From Deltaproteobacteria bacterium (GTDB taxonomy: Bacteria; Desulfobacterota; Desulfobacteria; Desulfobacterales; UBA2156): 64,000 nt of DNA. Below the pieces are notes generated by a model. That model was not told the DNA's origin. It was given only the letters and a program-made list of their open reading frames with translations, and searched no databases. The stretch is from NCBI GenBank assembly GCA_019309485.1, contig JAFDGC010000003.1, forward strand, positions 6,851 to 70,850, in the 5' to 3' direction. This document shows, piece after piece, positions 1 to 10,733 of the stretch (position 1 is the stretch's first letter; every line of letters begins with the position of its first letter). Both the position numbers and the translations under genes were made by a program.

Positions 1-385
1 GGACCGCATCCGGTACACAATCCGGCCGGGTCCCCACTGAAATCCCCACAACATCCTTTGGCGCAAGGGCCGCGTCATAGGCGGCCTTTAATCGGTCAAG
101 GGGCGCGTAGGTGTTGGTGAAGGCCTGGAAATAGGCAATGAACTTTTTGGCGCCGTAGCGCCGGGAAAGCCTTTCTTTCCCCTCCTCCATCTGATCCTGG
201 AGGCGCATGCCCCGGGCATGTGCGCCTGTTCCGGACCCCCTTTGATTGCAATAGATGCACCCATCGGCCGAAAGGGTCCCGTCCCGATTGGGGCAGGAAA
301 ACCCCGCATCCAGGGTGATTTTTTGCACCCGGCATCCGAACCGGTCCTTCAGGTAAGTGTTGAAATCCCGATAGCGTTGTTCCAT
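1..385 (-). CDS. TIGR01212-type radical SAM protein (YhcC-like); 5' part only, gene runs off the left edge
   Basis: I translated the minus strand from the ATG at 383-385: MEQRYRDFNTYLKDRFGCRVQKITLDAGFSCPNRDGTLSADGCIYCNQRGSGTGAH...GISVGTRPDCVPDAV. The CPNRDG...CIYC cysteine pattern fits this family. It is missing from the ORF track because there is no stop codon inside the window. Confidence 0.7.
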   Translation of the reverse strand, partial: MEQRYRDFNTYLKDRFGCRVQKITLDAGFSCPNRDGTLSADGCIYCNQRGSGTGAHARGMRLQDQMEEGKERLSRRYGAKKFIAYFQAFTNTYAPLDRLKAAYDAALAPKDVVGISVGTRPDCVPDAV

Positions 386-498
386 TCGAGGGTCCTTTGA
401 ACAGGGTCCCGGGTTCCCGTTCTTGATTTGCAGGCCAAGCGATTATAATATATCTAAATTTTAAAGGACAAGAAACCGGAAAAACCCTGTGGATATCC

Positions 499-2403
499 AT
501 GGACCACTATGACGTCATCGTTGTCGGCGCCGGACATGCCGGCTGCGAGGCCGCCCTGGCCGCGGCCCGCTTGGGGTGTTCCACCCTTTTGATGGCCATC
601 GATCTGGACAAGGTGGCCGCCATGCCCTGCAGCCCTTCCATCGGCGGGACGGCCAAAGGGCAATTGGTGAAAGAAATCGATGCCCTGGGGGGCGAAATGG
701 CCAAGATCACGGACCGGACCGCCATCCAGTACCGCACACTCAATACCAAGAAAGGCCCCGCTGTCCATTCCACACGCACCCAAAACGACAAGAACCGGTA
801 TCATGTGGCCATGAAAGCGGTGGTGGAGGCCCAGCCCGGTTTGCACCTCCGGCAGGCCATGGTGGATGCCCTCATCATCGAAAATCATCGTGTTTCCGGT
901 GTCCGGGATCACACGGGGTTTGAATATGCGGCCAGAGCAGTGGTTTTGGCCACCGGCACCTTTCTCAGCGGCCTGGTCCACATCGGATTCCGCGCATTCC
1001 AAGCCGGCAGGGCCGGGGAATTCGCCTCTTACGCCCTTCCGGAACACCTCAGACGGCTTGGATTTTCAACGGGAAGAATGAAGACGGGAACCCCGCCCCG
1101 GCTGAAACGTTCGAGCATTGACTTTTCCCAATTCACCCGGCATGACCCGGATCCCGTACCGGTACCGTTTTCCGTTTTCAGCCACACGGCGCCCCTCCCC
1201 CAGTTGCCCAGCTACATCGGCCGCACCAATTCTGAAAGCCACCGGATCGTACGCGACAATCTCGAGCGCAGCGCCCTTTACGGGGGACGGATCCGCGGTG
1301 TTTCGGCACGGTATTGTCCCTCCCTGGAAGACAAAGTGGTCCGTTTTTCCGAAAAGGATCAGCACCAAGTCATCCTGGAGCCCGAAGGGCTCGACACCGA
1401 TGAAATTTACGCCAGCGGTCTCGGAAACAGCCTCCCCCTGGAGATTCAAGTCCGGCTGGTCCGATCCATTGCCGGGCTGGAAAACGCCGAAATCGTCCGG
1501 CCCGCCTACGCCATCGAATACGACTATGTCAACCCCAATCAGCTCAGGCCGACCCTGGAGACCAAGCCGGTGGCGGGCCTTTTCCTGGCGGGACAGATCA
1601 ACGGCACCTCGGGTTACGAGGAAGCGGCCGCCCAAGGGCTCTGGGCCGGCATCAACGCCGCATTGAAAGTCCAAAATCGTCCCCCTTTTATCCTGGATCG
1701 CTCCCAGGCGTATATGGGGGTTCTCGTGGACGATCTCATCACGCGGGGAACTCTGGAGCCGTACCGCATGTTCACTTCACGGGCTGAATACCGCCTGATG
1801 CTTCGGGAAGACAATGCGGATCTCCGCCTGATGGAAATCGGCGCCGGCCTCGGCCTAATCCCGGATACGGCGGTCCGGGAAATCCGGGAAAGAAAGCGGC
1901 AAATCGAAGAAGAGATCCGGCGCATCAAGGGCATCGTTGTCAAGCCGTCGGCCGCCGTGAACGCATATATGGAAAGCCAACAGTCGCCCCCTTTGACCGA
2001 CGGCATTCGGTTTGACCAGTTGTTGAAGCGGTCGGAATTGGACTACGGATTGGTTTCGCGTTTTGCCCCATCCCCGCAGGCGCTGTCCGAAAAGGTGACA
2101 AAACAAGTGGAGATACAAATCAAATACGAAGGGTACATCCAGCGCCAGATCAGAGAAATCGAAAAGTTCAAGACCTTGGAAACCCAGCCCATCCCTGAAG
2201 ATTTCGATTTCACCCGGGTGCACGGCCTGTCCAATGAACTTAAGCAAAAGCTTTCCGCCGTCATGCCGGTCTCCCTCGGGCAGGCATCGCGGGTGGACGG
2301 CATGACGCCGTCGGCCCTTTCGGTATTGATGATCGCCCTCAGGGCCGGGAAATATCGCAATGACGCCTCCCGGGCGCCTTCCGAAAAAGCGCATTCACCT
2401 TGA
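499..2403 (+). CDS. mnmG: tRNA uridine 5-carboxymethylaminomethyl modification enzyme MnmG (GidA)
   Basis: 634-aa ORF with the N-terminal FAD fold [22 protein letters not shown]. The full-length pattern is typical of MnmG. Confidence 0.95.
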   Translation: MDHYDVIVVGAGHAGCEAALAAARLGCSTLLMAIDLDKVAAMPCSPSIGGTAKGQLVKEIDALGGEMAKITDRTAIQYRTLNTKKGPAVHSTRTQNDKNRYHVAMKAVVEAQPGLHLRQAMVDALIIENHRVSGVRDHTGFEYAARAVVLATGTFLSGLVHIGFRAFQAGRAGEFASYALPEHLRRLGFSTGRMKTGTPPRLKRSSIDFSQFTRHDPDPVPVPFSVFSHTAPLPQLPSYIGRTNSESHRIVRDNLERSALYGGRIRGVSARYCPSLEDKVVRFSEKDQHQVILEPEGLDTDEIYASGLGNSLPLEIQVRLVRSIAGLENAEIVRPAYAIEYDYVNPNQLRPTLETKPVAGLFLAGQINGTSGYEEAAAQGLWAGINAALKVQNRPPFILDRSQAYMGVLVDDLITRGTLEPYRMFTSRAEYRLMLREDNADLRLMEIGAGLGLIPDTAVREIRERKRQIEEEIRRIKGIVVKPSAAVNAYMESQQSPPLTDGIRFDQLLKRSELDYGLVSRFAPSPQALSEKVTKQVEIQIKYEGYIQRQIREIEKFKTLETQPIPEDFDFTRVHGLSNELKQKLSAVMPVSLGQASRVDGMTPSALSVLMIALRAGKYRNDASRAPSEKAHSP

Positions 2404-2490
2404 CAGCAGATTGCGTTTCTCTTAATTTTAGGGCACTATATGCAATATCCCCTTTGATCATGGAAAACTTGAAACCCATTGAAAGCAACC

Positions 2491-3411
2491 ATGTCCGAAA
2501 GCGATTATTATAAAATCCTCGGGGTTTCCAAAAACGCCTCCAAGGACGAGATCAAAAAAGCCTACCGGAAGCTTGCCATGAAGTATCACCCAGATCATGC
2601 CAAGGGGGACGGCGGCGCCGAGGAAAGATTCAAAAAAATCAGCGAAGCCTATGCCGTGCTGGGCGACGATGAAAAGCGCCGCCAGTACGACACCTTCGGA
2701 TCCAACGGATTTCAGCAGCGATTCTCCCAGGAAGACATTTTCAGAGGGTTCGATTTCAGTGAGATTTTAAAGGAGTTCGGACTGGGAGGCACTTCCTTTG
2801 CCCGGGGAAAAGGGGGCGGTGTCCGGTTTTCTTTCGGTCCGGGGTCTTCGCCCTTCGGTTTTCACGGGCCGTCGCCGGAAAGACAGGTCAAGGGGCAGGA
2901 CCTCGTTTATGAAATCCCCCTCACCCTGGAAGAAGTTTCCAAGGGAACCACCAAGAAGGTCTCTTTTCACCATGGCGGCCAGGCACGGAACCTCACCGTT
3001 AAAATTCCCAAAGGATTGATCAACGGCAAAAAGCTCCGCCTGGCCGGGAAAGGAAATCCAGGCCTCTACGGCGGTCCTCCCGGGGATTTGTACATTCAGT
3101 CCAAAGTCGTGGAGGATCCTGTCTTTGCAGCACAAGGCCATGATCTATCTTTAAACCGGGAAATCAAAATCAGTGAAGCCCTTTTGGGAACCACCCTTTC
3201 GATTCCCACCCTTGAAAACAAGACGTTGAACCTGACCGTTCCCCCGGGAACCCGGCACAAAACCCGCATGCGCCTGGCCGGCCATGGGCTTCCCCACATG
3301 AAAGGCGACGGCCGGGGAGATCTCTACGTCAACATCCTTGTGAATATCCCGAAAACGCTTACCGCCCGGCAGAAAAAGCTGGCCGAAGAACTGGCCGAAG
3401 CCGGATTGTAA
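2491..3411 (+). CDS. J-domain co-chaperone, CbpA-like (DnaJ type without the Cys-rich zinc finger)
   Basis: J domain [31 protein letters not shown], a G/F-rich linker and DnaJ C-terminal domains, with no CxxCxGxG repeats. The ATG at 2491 is preferred over the TTG at 2479. Confidence 0.85.
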   Translation: MSESDYYKILGVSKNASKDEIKKAYRKLAMKYHPDHAKGDGGAEERFKKISEAYAVLGDDEKRRQYDTFGSNGFQQRFSQEDIFRGFDFSEILKEFGLGGTSFARGKGGGVRFSFGPGSSPFGFHGPSPERQVKGQDLVYEIPLTLEEVSKGTTKKVSFHHGGQARNLTVKIPKGLINGKKLRLAGKGNPGLYGGPPGDLYIQSKVVEDPVFAAQGHDLSLNREIKISEALLGTTLSIPTLENKTLNLTVPPGTRHKTRMRLAGHGLPHMKGDGRGDLYVNILVNIPKTLTARQKKLAEELAEAGL

Positions 3412-3465
3412 TCCGACCCCCGCACCCGGAAAGCCGATGCAACCTTGGGTAAAGAGACCTATTCC

Positions 3466-3984
3466 ATGCCTGAATTGATCCCTATTTTATCCAAAGACAG
3501 GATCGAAGCCCTGGTTTCAAGCGTGGCGGCACAGATCTCCGGCGACTATAAAAACCGGGAATTGATCTTCATCGCGGTACTCAAGGGGGCTTTTGTCTTC
3601 CTGGCGGATCTGATGCGGGCGCTGACCATTCCTGCGCGTCTCGATTTCATCCAGGTTTCAAGCTACGGCACCGGGACCTGTTCTTCGGAGAAACCGATTT
3701 TGAAAAAAGGCCCGGATATCGATATCCGGGGAAAAGATGTGCTCCTCGTCGAAGACATCATGGATACGGGCTTGACAATGGCCTTTCTCATCGATTACTT
3801 AAATTATTTAAAACCAAAAACCGTCAAGACCTGCGTCTTTCTCGATAAAACGGAACGGCGCAAGATTCATATCCACCCGGACTACGCGTGCTATACGGTT
3901 GAAAGCGGTTTCCTGGTCGGATACGGTTTGGACTACGACGAAAGCTACCGCACCCTTCCGGAGATCTACCGTTTAACTTTCTAG
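3466..3984 (+). CDS. hpt: hypoxanthine phosphoribosyltransferase
   Basis: PRPP-binding motif VLLVEDIMDTGLT and C-terminal GYGLDYDESYRTLPEIY. The ATG at 3466 is preferred over the upstream TTG at 3445. Confidence 0.9.
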   Translation: MPELIPILSKDRIEALVSSVAAQISGDYKNRELIFIAVLKGAFVFLADLMRALTIPARLDFIQVSSYGTGTCSSEKPILKKGPDIDIRGKDVLLVEDIMDTGLTMAFLIDYLNYLKPKTVKTCVFLDKTERRKIHIHPDYACYTVESGFLVGYGLDYDESYRTLPEIYRLTF

Positions 3985-3999
3985 AGCGGGAGAGGCGTC

Positions 4000-5532
4000 A
4001 TGATCGTCACTTGCGAAAACTGCGATACCCGGTTCACCCTGGATGAGACCGTTTTGGAAAAAAGCGGTTCCAAGGTGCAATGTTCCAACTGCGACCATGT
4101 CTTTACGGTCTTTCCTCCGAGCGGGGAACCCGCCGGTGAAGAGGAAATCGATGCGCTCCTTCGAGACCTGGCGGTGGAGGAAGAAGAAGCGGCGCCCGGC
4201 GCTCCCCTCGAACCCGAAACACAGGCTCCGGAAGGTGAAACCCCTTTCGATATCGATACCCTTGATCTGTCGGAAATCTCGGACCTGCCGGGATCCGGGG
4301 CGGCTCCCCTGGATGACGAGGGAATCGAGCGCGATTCCGGTACCGAAACCACCCCGAAGATGGAAGAAGCCACCGAAGAAGACGAATTGGAATTCGTCTT
4401 GGGAGAAGATTTTGAAATTGAAAAAGATACGACCGCCCACAGTCCCGGGGATCCCGGAAAGGTGGAGTTCGATTTAAGCGACCTCGAAGAGATTCTCAAG
4501 CCTGAAAAGCCGGAGGAAACCGACAAAAAAACCAAAGAACCCGCTGAAAGCGTCCTTAAAGAAGAACCCCCCAAAGAACCCCCCATCGAGTTTGACATCG
4601 AGATCCTGGAAGACACCATTCCGGATACCGTTCAAGAAGAAACACCCGTTGAAGAAACGGACGAAGAAGGCGTCGCGCCCGAAACGGACGAAGAAGTGGA
4701 TGTCATCGACGAGCTGGATCTCACCGAGTTCAAGGAAGAAGAGCCGACGGTATCCGCCGATTTGGAAAAAGAAGCCAAAACCCCCGTTATTGAAAAAGAC
4801 CTTGTCTCGGAGGCCGCCGAAGCCCCCCTGGAATCGGAGACCGGGACGCCTGCCGCCGAAGAAACGGAAGATAAGCAGGAGCCCCGCCCCGCCGTTCGGG
4901 ACCGCATGGCAGAAGAACCGCGGGCGTTCGAACCGGAACCCGCCGACACCCATATCGGAGAAGTGCCGCCGGAAGCCTTTTCGGTCTCCGGAAGAACGAA
5001 CCGGGTAGGGAAATCCTTATTCGTCCTCCTGATTCTGGCGCTTTTGGGAGGCGCCGGGTACGGCGCCTATTTCCTCGTCTACAAAATGGGGGTTTCCATC
5101 CCCTATTTGACGAATCTTTTGAAGACAGAATCCGCGGATCCGGGGAATTTGAAGGTACGCCTCCTGGATGTGGAAGGCCATTTCGTCCCGGGTTTGTCCC
5201 TGCAAGAAAAACGTTTCGTGATATCGGGAAAGGTCCAGAACAACTACGATCACTCCCGAAAAAACATTCAGATCACCGGCAATATTCTGAAAAAAACGGA
5301 AATTATTGCAACCAAAACGGTTTACTGCGGCAATCTGATCCCTGAAACCGATCTTGTGAAGATGGATATGGATGCCATCGACGCCCGCCTTTCCGCTCAA
5401 CCCGCCGAAAGTGCCGCACACGCGCACCTTCCATCCGGCAAAGCCGGACCCTTCATGATCGTCTTCGGAGACCTGCCTCCGGACGTGGAAGAATACAGTG
5501 TTGAAGTGGAGGGCTCGCAGGAGATAAAATAA
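4000..5532 (+). CDS. MJ0042-type zinc-ribbon protein with acidic disordered region, one TM helix and a DUF3426-like C-terminal domain
   Basis: N-terminus MIVTCENCDTRFTLDE...VQCSNCDHVF (CxxC...CxxC). About 300 aa are E/D/P/T-rich, followed by the TM segment SLFVLLILALLGGAGYGAYFLVY. Confidence 0.7.
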   Translation: MIVTCENCDTRFTLDETVLEKSGSKVQCSNCDHVFTVFPPSGEPAGEEEIDALLRDLAVEEEEAAPGAPLEPETQAPEGETPFDIDTLDLSEISDLPGSGAAPLDDEGIERDSGTETTPKMEEATEEDELEFVLGEDFEIEKDTTAHSPGDPGKVEFDLSDLEEILKPEKPEETDKKTKEPAESVLKEEPPKEPPIEFDIEILEDTIPDTVQEETPVEETDEEGVAPETDEEVDVIDELDLTEFKEEEPTVSADLEKEAKTPVIEKDLVSEAAEAPLESETGTPAAEETEDKQEPRPAVRDRMAEEPRAFEPEPADTHIGEVPPEAFSVSGRTNRVGKSLFVLLILALLGGAGYGAYFLVYKMGVSIPYLTNLLKTESADPGNLKVRLLDVEGHFVPGLSLQEKRFVISGKVQNNYDHSRKNIQITGNILKKTEIIATKTVYCGNLIPETDLVKMDMDAIDARLSAQPAESAAHAHLPSGKAGPFMIVFGDLPPDVEEYSVEVEGSQEIK

Positions 5533-5588
5533 CGGTTTCGGCTTGACGCCACCCGAAACTGTTTGATAAAAGGCGCCTTGCTTCTTAT

Positions 5589-5665
5589 GGCGATGTAGCT
5601 CAGGTGGTCAGAGCATGCGGCTCATATCCGCAGTGTCCGGGGTTCAAATCCCTGCATCGCCACCA
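5589..5665 (+). tRNA. tRNA-Met (anticodon CAT at 5623-5625); tRNA-Ile2 (lysidine) cannot be excluded
   Basis: Manual cloverleaf: acceptor GGCGATG/CATCGCC, D stem GCTC/GAGC, anticodon stem TGCGG/CCGCA with loop CTCATAT, T arm CGGGG-TTCAAAT-CCCTG, and an encoded CCA. Confidence 0.9.
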
Positions 5666-5674
5666 AAGACTTAA

Positions 5675-5714
5675 AGCCTCTGCAATTTCAGATAAATGCG
5701 GAGGCTCTTTTATT
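5675..5714 (+). terminator. intrinsic terminator after tRNA-Met
   Basis: 10-bp stem AGCCTCTGCA / TGCGGAGGCT (one G-T pair) with a 12-nt loop, followed by CTTTTATT. Confidence 0.6.
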
Positions 5715-5873
5715 GGTGATTGCGGATCGGTTGCCCCGTCATCGGGGGGATTGAACGCCTCCCGCAGCTTGACAATAAGCCCAGGGTACGGTCTAGTGAA
5801 GGAAAAATCATTTTTATGGGGGGGTTAAACCCCTTTTCCTTGTTTTGCCGCATTTTTGAAGGAGGATGGATCC

Positions 5874-6638
5874 ATGGACTTTGAATGCATTCTTTACGAA
5901 AAAAAAGGCGCTGTTGCCATCATTCGCCTCAACCGGCCCCGGGTGCTCAATGCCATGAACAAGCAACTCTGGCTCGATTTTCAGGAAGCACTGGAGGATG
6001 TCAAAAAGGACGCCGAAATCAAGGTCTTGATCATCACCGGAGAAGGTCGGGCCTTTTCAACCGGAGCGGACCTGAAAGAATCCAAAACCCGCAGTATCGA
6101 CGCCTACCGGGATTACCTGGAGGCGCTCCAGGAAGTTTCCCGAAAAATCCTCCGGTTTGAAAAACCCACCATCGCCGCCGTCAACGGCTACGCCCTGGGA
6201 TCGGGCTACGAACTGGCCCTGGCCTGCGATATCCGCATCGCCGCCGAGGACGCCCTGATCGGATCCCCGGAAGCCAAGGTCACCTCGTCGGTCACCGGCG
6301 GGGCCTTGAGGCTGGTTCAAGACCTCATCGGTCCGGGAAAGGCCAGAGAACTCCTTTTTACCGGAGAATCCATCGACGGAAAAGAAGCCGAACGGATCGG
6401 ACTTGTGAACAAGGCGGTACCTCTGGAAAACCTCATGGAAGAAGCCGTGGCCATGGCCCAAAAGATCGCGGCCAACAGCGCCTTTTCCATCAAGCTGATC
6501 AAGCGGGGCCTTTTAATGGCCCGTGGGGAAGCCAGCCTGGAAGCCCTCATGGACTATGAAATCGAGGCCTGCCTGGCATGCGTATCCACCAAGGAACGGC
6601 AGGATTCCTTGCACGCCTTTGAAGAACGAAAAAAATAA
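5874..6638 (+). CDS. enoyl-CoA hydratase/isomerase (crotonase) family protein
   Basis: Crotonase pattern: AIIRLNRPRVLNAM, ITGEGRAFSTGADL, AAVNGYALGSGYELALACD. The ATG at 5874 lies 8 nt after the SD GAAGGAGG. Confidence 0.85.
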   Translation: MDFECILYEKKGAVAIIRLNRPRVLNAMNKQLWLDFQEALEDVKKDAEIKVLIITGEGRAFSTGADLKESKTRSIDAYRDYLEALQEVSRKILRFEKPTIAAVNGYALGSGYELALACDIRIAAEDALIGSPEAKVTSSVTGGALRLVQDLIGPGKARELLFTGESIDGKEAERIGLVNKAVPLENLMEEAVAMAQKIAANSAFSIKLIKRGLLMARGEASLEALMDYEIEACLACVSTKERQDSLHAFEERKK

Positions 6639-6650
6639 CAGGAGAAAACA

Positions 6651-8846
6651 ATGTCCGTGGATTCGATACTCAAAGCAAAGTCCGTGGCGGTGGTAGGCGC
6701 CTCAAAAGTGGAAACCAAGCGGGGTTTTCAGGCCATCCGCACCCTCCTGGCAGAAGGATATTCCGGAAAAATCTTTCCGGTGAATCCAAAGGAAGAGTCG
6801 ATCCTGGGATTCCGATGTTACCCCAAGGTGTCGGCCATCGAAGAGGATGTGGAATTGGCGCTGATCACCACTCCGGCCCAAACGGTCCCCTCCGTGCTTG
6901 AGGATTGCGGAAAAAAGGGCGTCCGGGGCGCCGTCATCATCGCCGGAGGGTTCGGGGAAACGGGAGCCGAGGGGAAAAGCCGGGAAGAAGCGGCCAGAGA
7001 GGCCGCCCGAAAATGCGGCATTCGGTTCATCGGTCCCAACACCTCCGGAATCATGAATCTTCATGAAAACCTGAACCTGGTGGGACTCAGGGACGCCCCC
7101 AAAGGCGACATCGCCCTGTTGACCCAGAGCGGCAACATGGCCCTGACCCTCATTACCGAAGCCAAGTTAAAAAGCCGTAAAGGCTTTTCCTACTACGTGG
7201 GCGTGGGGAATGAAACCGATTTGAAGTTCCATGAGTATCTCGAATTTTTCCGAAACGATCCGAACACCCGGGCCATCCTCATGTATGTGGAGGGCATGCG
7301 ACAGGGTCGGGCGTTTCTTCAGGAGGCGTATAAAACCACCCCCGTAAAACCCATTATCCTGCTGAAGGGCGGACGCTCGGCCACCGGAAAACGCTCCGCC
7401 GGATCCCACACCGGTGCACTGGCCGGCATGTCGGAAGTGGCCAAGGGAGCTTTCGAAAGGGCGGGCGTCGTCGTCATTGAAAACCCGGACGAACTCTTTC
7501 CCGCGGCCGAAACCCTTTCCAGCCTCCCCGCCATCAAGACCAACAGCGTGGCTATCCTGGCCGACGGGGGCGGGCACGCCACCATTGTCTCGGACCTTCT
7601 GACGGATCTGGGGGTTCAGATTCCGCCCCTTGAGGAAAAGACCCAAAAAAAACTCAAGACCCTTCTTCCGGCCGCGGCTTCGGTCCCCAACCCCGTGGAC
7701 GTGGCAGGGGGTACGGATGCCGATCCGGAAATTTTTGCCAAATGTGCCCGGATCATCTTGAACGATAGGAACATCGGGGGACTTCTTATCGTTGGCCTCT
7801 TCGGAGGATACGGCATCAGGTTTGCGGAGAGCCTGTCGCTCATCGAGGAAGACGCCGCCCACCAGATGGGAAAAATGGTAAGCCGATATAAGAAGCCCAT
7901 CGTGGTTCACAGCCTTTTCAGTTCCATGAAACCCCATGCCTTGGATCTGTTGCGATACTATGGTGTTCCTGTCTACGATTCCCTGGATGTGGCGTGCAAG
8001 TGCGTCGCGGTGCTGGCCCGATACGGCGGGTACGTGAAGTCGCATCCCCATCGGGTGAGCTTTGCCTTCAACTGGGGGCAAAAGGCCAAAAAAAGGGCGA
8101 GAAAAATCATCGAAGGGGCGCTAAAGGAGGACCGGCGCATCCTTTTGGAACATAACGCCAAGCAAATTTTAAGGCTGCACGGGGCCCCCGTCCCCGACGA
8201 CACCCTGGCCAAAACCGCCGACGACGCCGTGGCGATCGCACAAAAAATCAACGGAAAAGTCGCCTTGAAAATCGTCTCCCCGGATGTGCTCCATAAAAGT
8301 GATGCCGGCGGGGTGCGCATCAACCTGGAAACCGAAGAAGAGATTCGAAACGCCTTTGCCGAAATCATCACCAATGTCCGCGACTACGACCCGGATGCCG
8401 ACATCCGGGGAATCCTGGTCAGCCCCATGGCAAAACCCGGGCTCGAAGTCATCGTCGGCACCAAGATCGACGATCAGTTCGGTCCCATCATTCTCTTCGG
8501 ATTGGGGGGTGTTATGGTGGAAATCCTGAAAGACGTCGCCTTTCGGGTCCTTCCCATTTCGCCGAGGGGGGCCAAACTCATGATCGACGAGCTGAAATCC
8601 TCCCCGCTGCTGGACGGATTCAGAGGGTCGTCGCCGCTGGACAAAGAGGCACTGCGGAAGCTTTTGCTCACCGTGTCCGAGATCATCGAATCCTATCCGG
8701 AAATTGAAGAGATGGACCTCAACCCGGTCCTGGTGCACGAGCAGGGACACGGGGTGAGCATCGTGGATGCCCGGATCATTCTCAAGGCCCCGGAAGAAAA
8801 CATATCATCGCTTCCTGCGGACAGAGTTGTATTTGGAAAGGGTTGA
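6651..8846 (+). CDS. ADP-forming acetyl/acyl-CoA synthetase (CoA-binding plus ATP-grasp fusion)
   Basis: 731 aa with an N-terminal CoA-binding domain (KSVAVVGAS...) and a phosphohistidine-loop-like segment SAGSHTGALAG. The C-terminal ATP-grasp domain includes KIVSPDVLHKSDAGGV. Confidence 0.85.
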   Translation: MSVDSILKAKSVAVVGASKVETKRGFQAIRTLLAEGYSGKIFPVNPKEESILGFRCYPKVSAIEEDVELALITTPAQTVPSVLEDCGKKGVRGAVIIAGGFGETGAEGKSREEAAREAARKCGIRFIGPNTSGIMNLHENLNLVGLRDAPKGDIALLTQSGNMALTLITEAKLKSRKGFSYYVGVGNETDLKFHEYLEFFRNDPNTRAILMYVEGMRQGRAFLQEAYKTTPVKPIILLKGGRSATGKRSAGSHTGALAGMSEVAKGAFERAGVVVIENPDELFPAAETLSSLPAIKTNSVAILADGGGHATIVSDLLTDLGVQIPPLEEKTQKKLKTLLPAAASVPNPVDVAGGTDADPEIFAKCARIILNDRNIGGLLIVGLFGGYGIRFAESLSLIEEDAAHQMGKMVSRYKKPIVVHSLFSSMKPHALDLLRYYGVPVYDSLDVACKCVAVLARYGGYVKSHPHRVSFAFNWGQKAKKRARKIIEGALKEDRRILLEHNAKQILRLHGAPVPDDTLAKTADDAVAIAQKINGKVALKIVSPDVLHKSDAGGVRINLETEEEIRNAFAEIITNVRDYDPDADIRGILVSPMAKPGLEVIVGTKIDDQFGPIILFGLGGVMVEILKDVAFRVLPISPRGAKLMIDELKSSPLLDGFRGSSPLDKEALRKLLLTVSEIIESYPEIEEMDLNPVLVHEQGHGVSIVDARIILKAPEENISSLPADRVVFGKG

Positions 8847-8908
8847 TGTTATACTAGTAATTTTACGCACCTCAATGACGCCGGCGATATGGATGGGATG
8901 CTCCGCAC

Positions 8909-9889
8909 ATGGCTTTATCCGCCAAAGAAAGACTCACGCGCTTTTATCAGCAATTTTCACCCGCTGACCAGGTCCTGGTCGCCATTTCCGCGGATCCGGA
9001 CGCCATCGGCTGTGCCCTGGCCGTAAAGCGGCTCTTGTGGCGCCGGGTGGCGGGGGTGACCCTGTCCAATGTCAACGTTATTGAGCGCCCGGATAATCAG
9101 GCCATGGTCCGCCTTCTGAAAATCCCCTTGATCCATATGGAACAGATCGACCCGGAAACCTTTACCCGTGTTGTCCTGGTGGACTCCCAACCGGACCACC
9201 ACGAACTCTTTTCGCGGATTCAACCCCACGTCATCATCGACCACCACCCGGACACGGGGGTGCGCGCCCCTTTCCTGGATATCCGGCCCCAATACGGCGC
9301 CACCGCCAGCATCCTGACGGAGTATTTGAGAGCCGCAAAGATCACACCGAGCATCAAGCTCGCCACCGCCTTGTTTCACGCCATCAAAGTGGACACGAGC
9401 AATTTCGAAAGAAAAACGCTTCCCGAAGATCTCCGGGCCTTCCAGTATCTTTTCAAGTTCACCAACATCCACCTTGCCCAAAAAATCGAGCGGGTCTACA
9501 TGAAGTTGGAATACCTGAAATACTTCAAGTCGGCCCTCGACAGCCGGTGGCTGAAAAAAGGCAAAGTCTTCGTCCATTTGGGACCGGTGGTCAACCCGGA
9601 TATTTGTGTCCTCATCGCCGATTTTTTCATGGGGATCGATACCATCACGTGGAGCATCGCCTCCGGACTCTGGCAGGACAAACTCATCCTCATTTTCAGG
9701 AACGACGGGGTTCTGAAAGACGCCGGGAAGGTGGCCAAGCAAAGCTTCGGAGAGATGGGGAGCGCGGGGGGACACAAAAGCATGGCCCGGGCGGAGATAC
9801 CGATTTCGGATCTCAAAGGGAGGCTTGATCTCAAAAACGACAAACGGGTCCTTTCCTGGATTATTAAAAAGACCCGTGTGAGGAAATAA
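8909..9889 (+). CDS. DHH-family phosphoesterase
   Basis: DHH motifs SADPDAIG, VLVDSQPDHH and IIDHHPD, plus a DHHA1-like GGHKSMA. Confidence 0.75.
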   Translation: MALSAKERLTRFYQQFSPADQVLVAISADPDAIGCALAVKRLLWRRVAGVTLSNVNVIERPDNQAMVRLLKIPLIHMEQIDPETFTRVVLVDSQPDHHELFSRIQPHVIIDHHPDTGVRAPFLDIRPQYGATASILTEYLRAAKITPSIKLATALFHAIKVDTSNFERKTLPEDLRAFQYLFKFTNIHLAQKIERVYMKLEYLKYFKSALDSRWLKKGKVFVHLGPVVNPDICVLIADFFMGIDTITWSIASGLWQDKLILIFRNDGVLKDAGKVAKQSFGEMGSAGGHKSMARAEIPISDLKGRLDLKNDKRVLSWIIKKTRVRK

Positions 9890-9893
9890 CGCC

Positions 9894-10733
9894 ATGGCCT
9901 TTTCCCATCCGGATATCCATGTCACGGTTCTGGGTTCCGGCACTTGTGTCCCTTCCCTGAAACGCAGCGCCTGCGCCGTATTGGCGCGCACGGGATCGGA
10001 AACCTTGCTTTTCGATGCCGGACCCGGGACCCTGCGCCGGCTCCTGGAAGCCGGAACCACGATCTTTGAGGTCACCCATCTGTTTTTAAGCCATTTCCAC
10101 CCGGATCATTCCGCTGAAGTGGTGCCGTTTTTGTTCGCCACAAAGTACCCGGATGTCTCCCGGCGAAAGCATCCCTTGACGATCGTCGCCGGTAAAGGGC
10201 TCTCGAATTTTTACAACGGCTTGAAAAAAGTCTATGGAGATTGGGTGGTGCTCCCCACGGGGCTTTTGAAACTGATCGAAATGGATGACACAAGACCGGA
10301 TACCCGGCAATTGGATGGAGTTGCGGTCTCTTCCATGCCCATGGCCCATAATCCGGAAAGCGTGGGATTCAGAATCGAAACACGATCGGGTGTGGCAATG
10401 GTGTATTCGGGGGATACGGATTATACGGAAAATCTGGTGGAACTGGCCAGAGGCGCCGATCTTTTCATCTGCGAGTCGGCCCTGCCGGACGATCTGAAAG
10501 TCAAGGGGCACCTCACCCCTTCCCTGGCCGGGGAAGTCGCCCGAAAAGCAGGGGTTTCCCTGATGGTGTTGACCCATCTCTACCCCGAGTGCGACTTGAC
10601 CGATATTGAAAAAGAATGCCGGAAAACCTATGCCGGGCCCATGAAGATCGCCCACGACCTCATGACCCTCGAACTGAGCGCCGGAAACCCGAAAACAGGT
10701 GAAATCCCTATGACGTTACCGTCGACAAAATGA
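9894..10733 (+). CDS. MBL-fold metallo-hydrolase (RNase Z/BN-like)
   Basis: Metallo-beta-lactamase motif LFLSHFHPDHSAE, with GDTDYT and TH later in the sequence. Confidence 0.75.
   Translation: MAFSHPDIHVTVLGSGTCVPSLKRSACAVLARTGSETLLFDAGPGTLRRLLEAGTTIFEVTHLFLSHFHPDHSAEVVPFLFATKYPDVSRRKHPLTIVAGKGLSNFYNGLKKVYGDWVVLPTGLLKLIEMDDTRPDTRQLDGVAVSSMPMAHNPESVGFRIETRSGVAMVYSGDTDYTENLVELARGADLFICESALPDDLKVKGHLTPSLAGEVARKAGVSLMVLTHLYPECDLTDIEKECRKTYAGPMKIAHDLMTLELSAGNPKTGEIPMTLPSTK

Noticed and set aside
488-496. A DnaA-box-like 9-mer (reverse complement ATATCCACA) directly upstream of mnmG/gidA, a gene often adjacent to oriC.
   Set aside because: It is a single 8/9 match. I found no cluster of boxes and no AT-rich unwinding element, and dnaA and dnaN are not nearby. 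The spacer is only ~110 nt and serves two divergent promoters.
5604-5828. 74-aa ORF overlapping tRNA-Met and its terminator.
   Set aside because: It starts inside the tRNA gene, has no SD, and its sequence is low-complexity. The tRNA and terminator explain the region.
5589-5874. The tRNA-Met and tRNA-Gly (30893-30968) loci considered as integration sites of genomic islands or prophages.
   Set aside because: There is no integrase, no direct repeat of the tRNA 3' end downstream, and no compositional shift. The flanking genes are ordinary metabolic or housekeeping genes.
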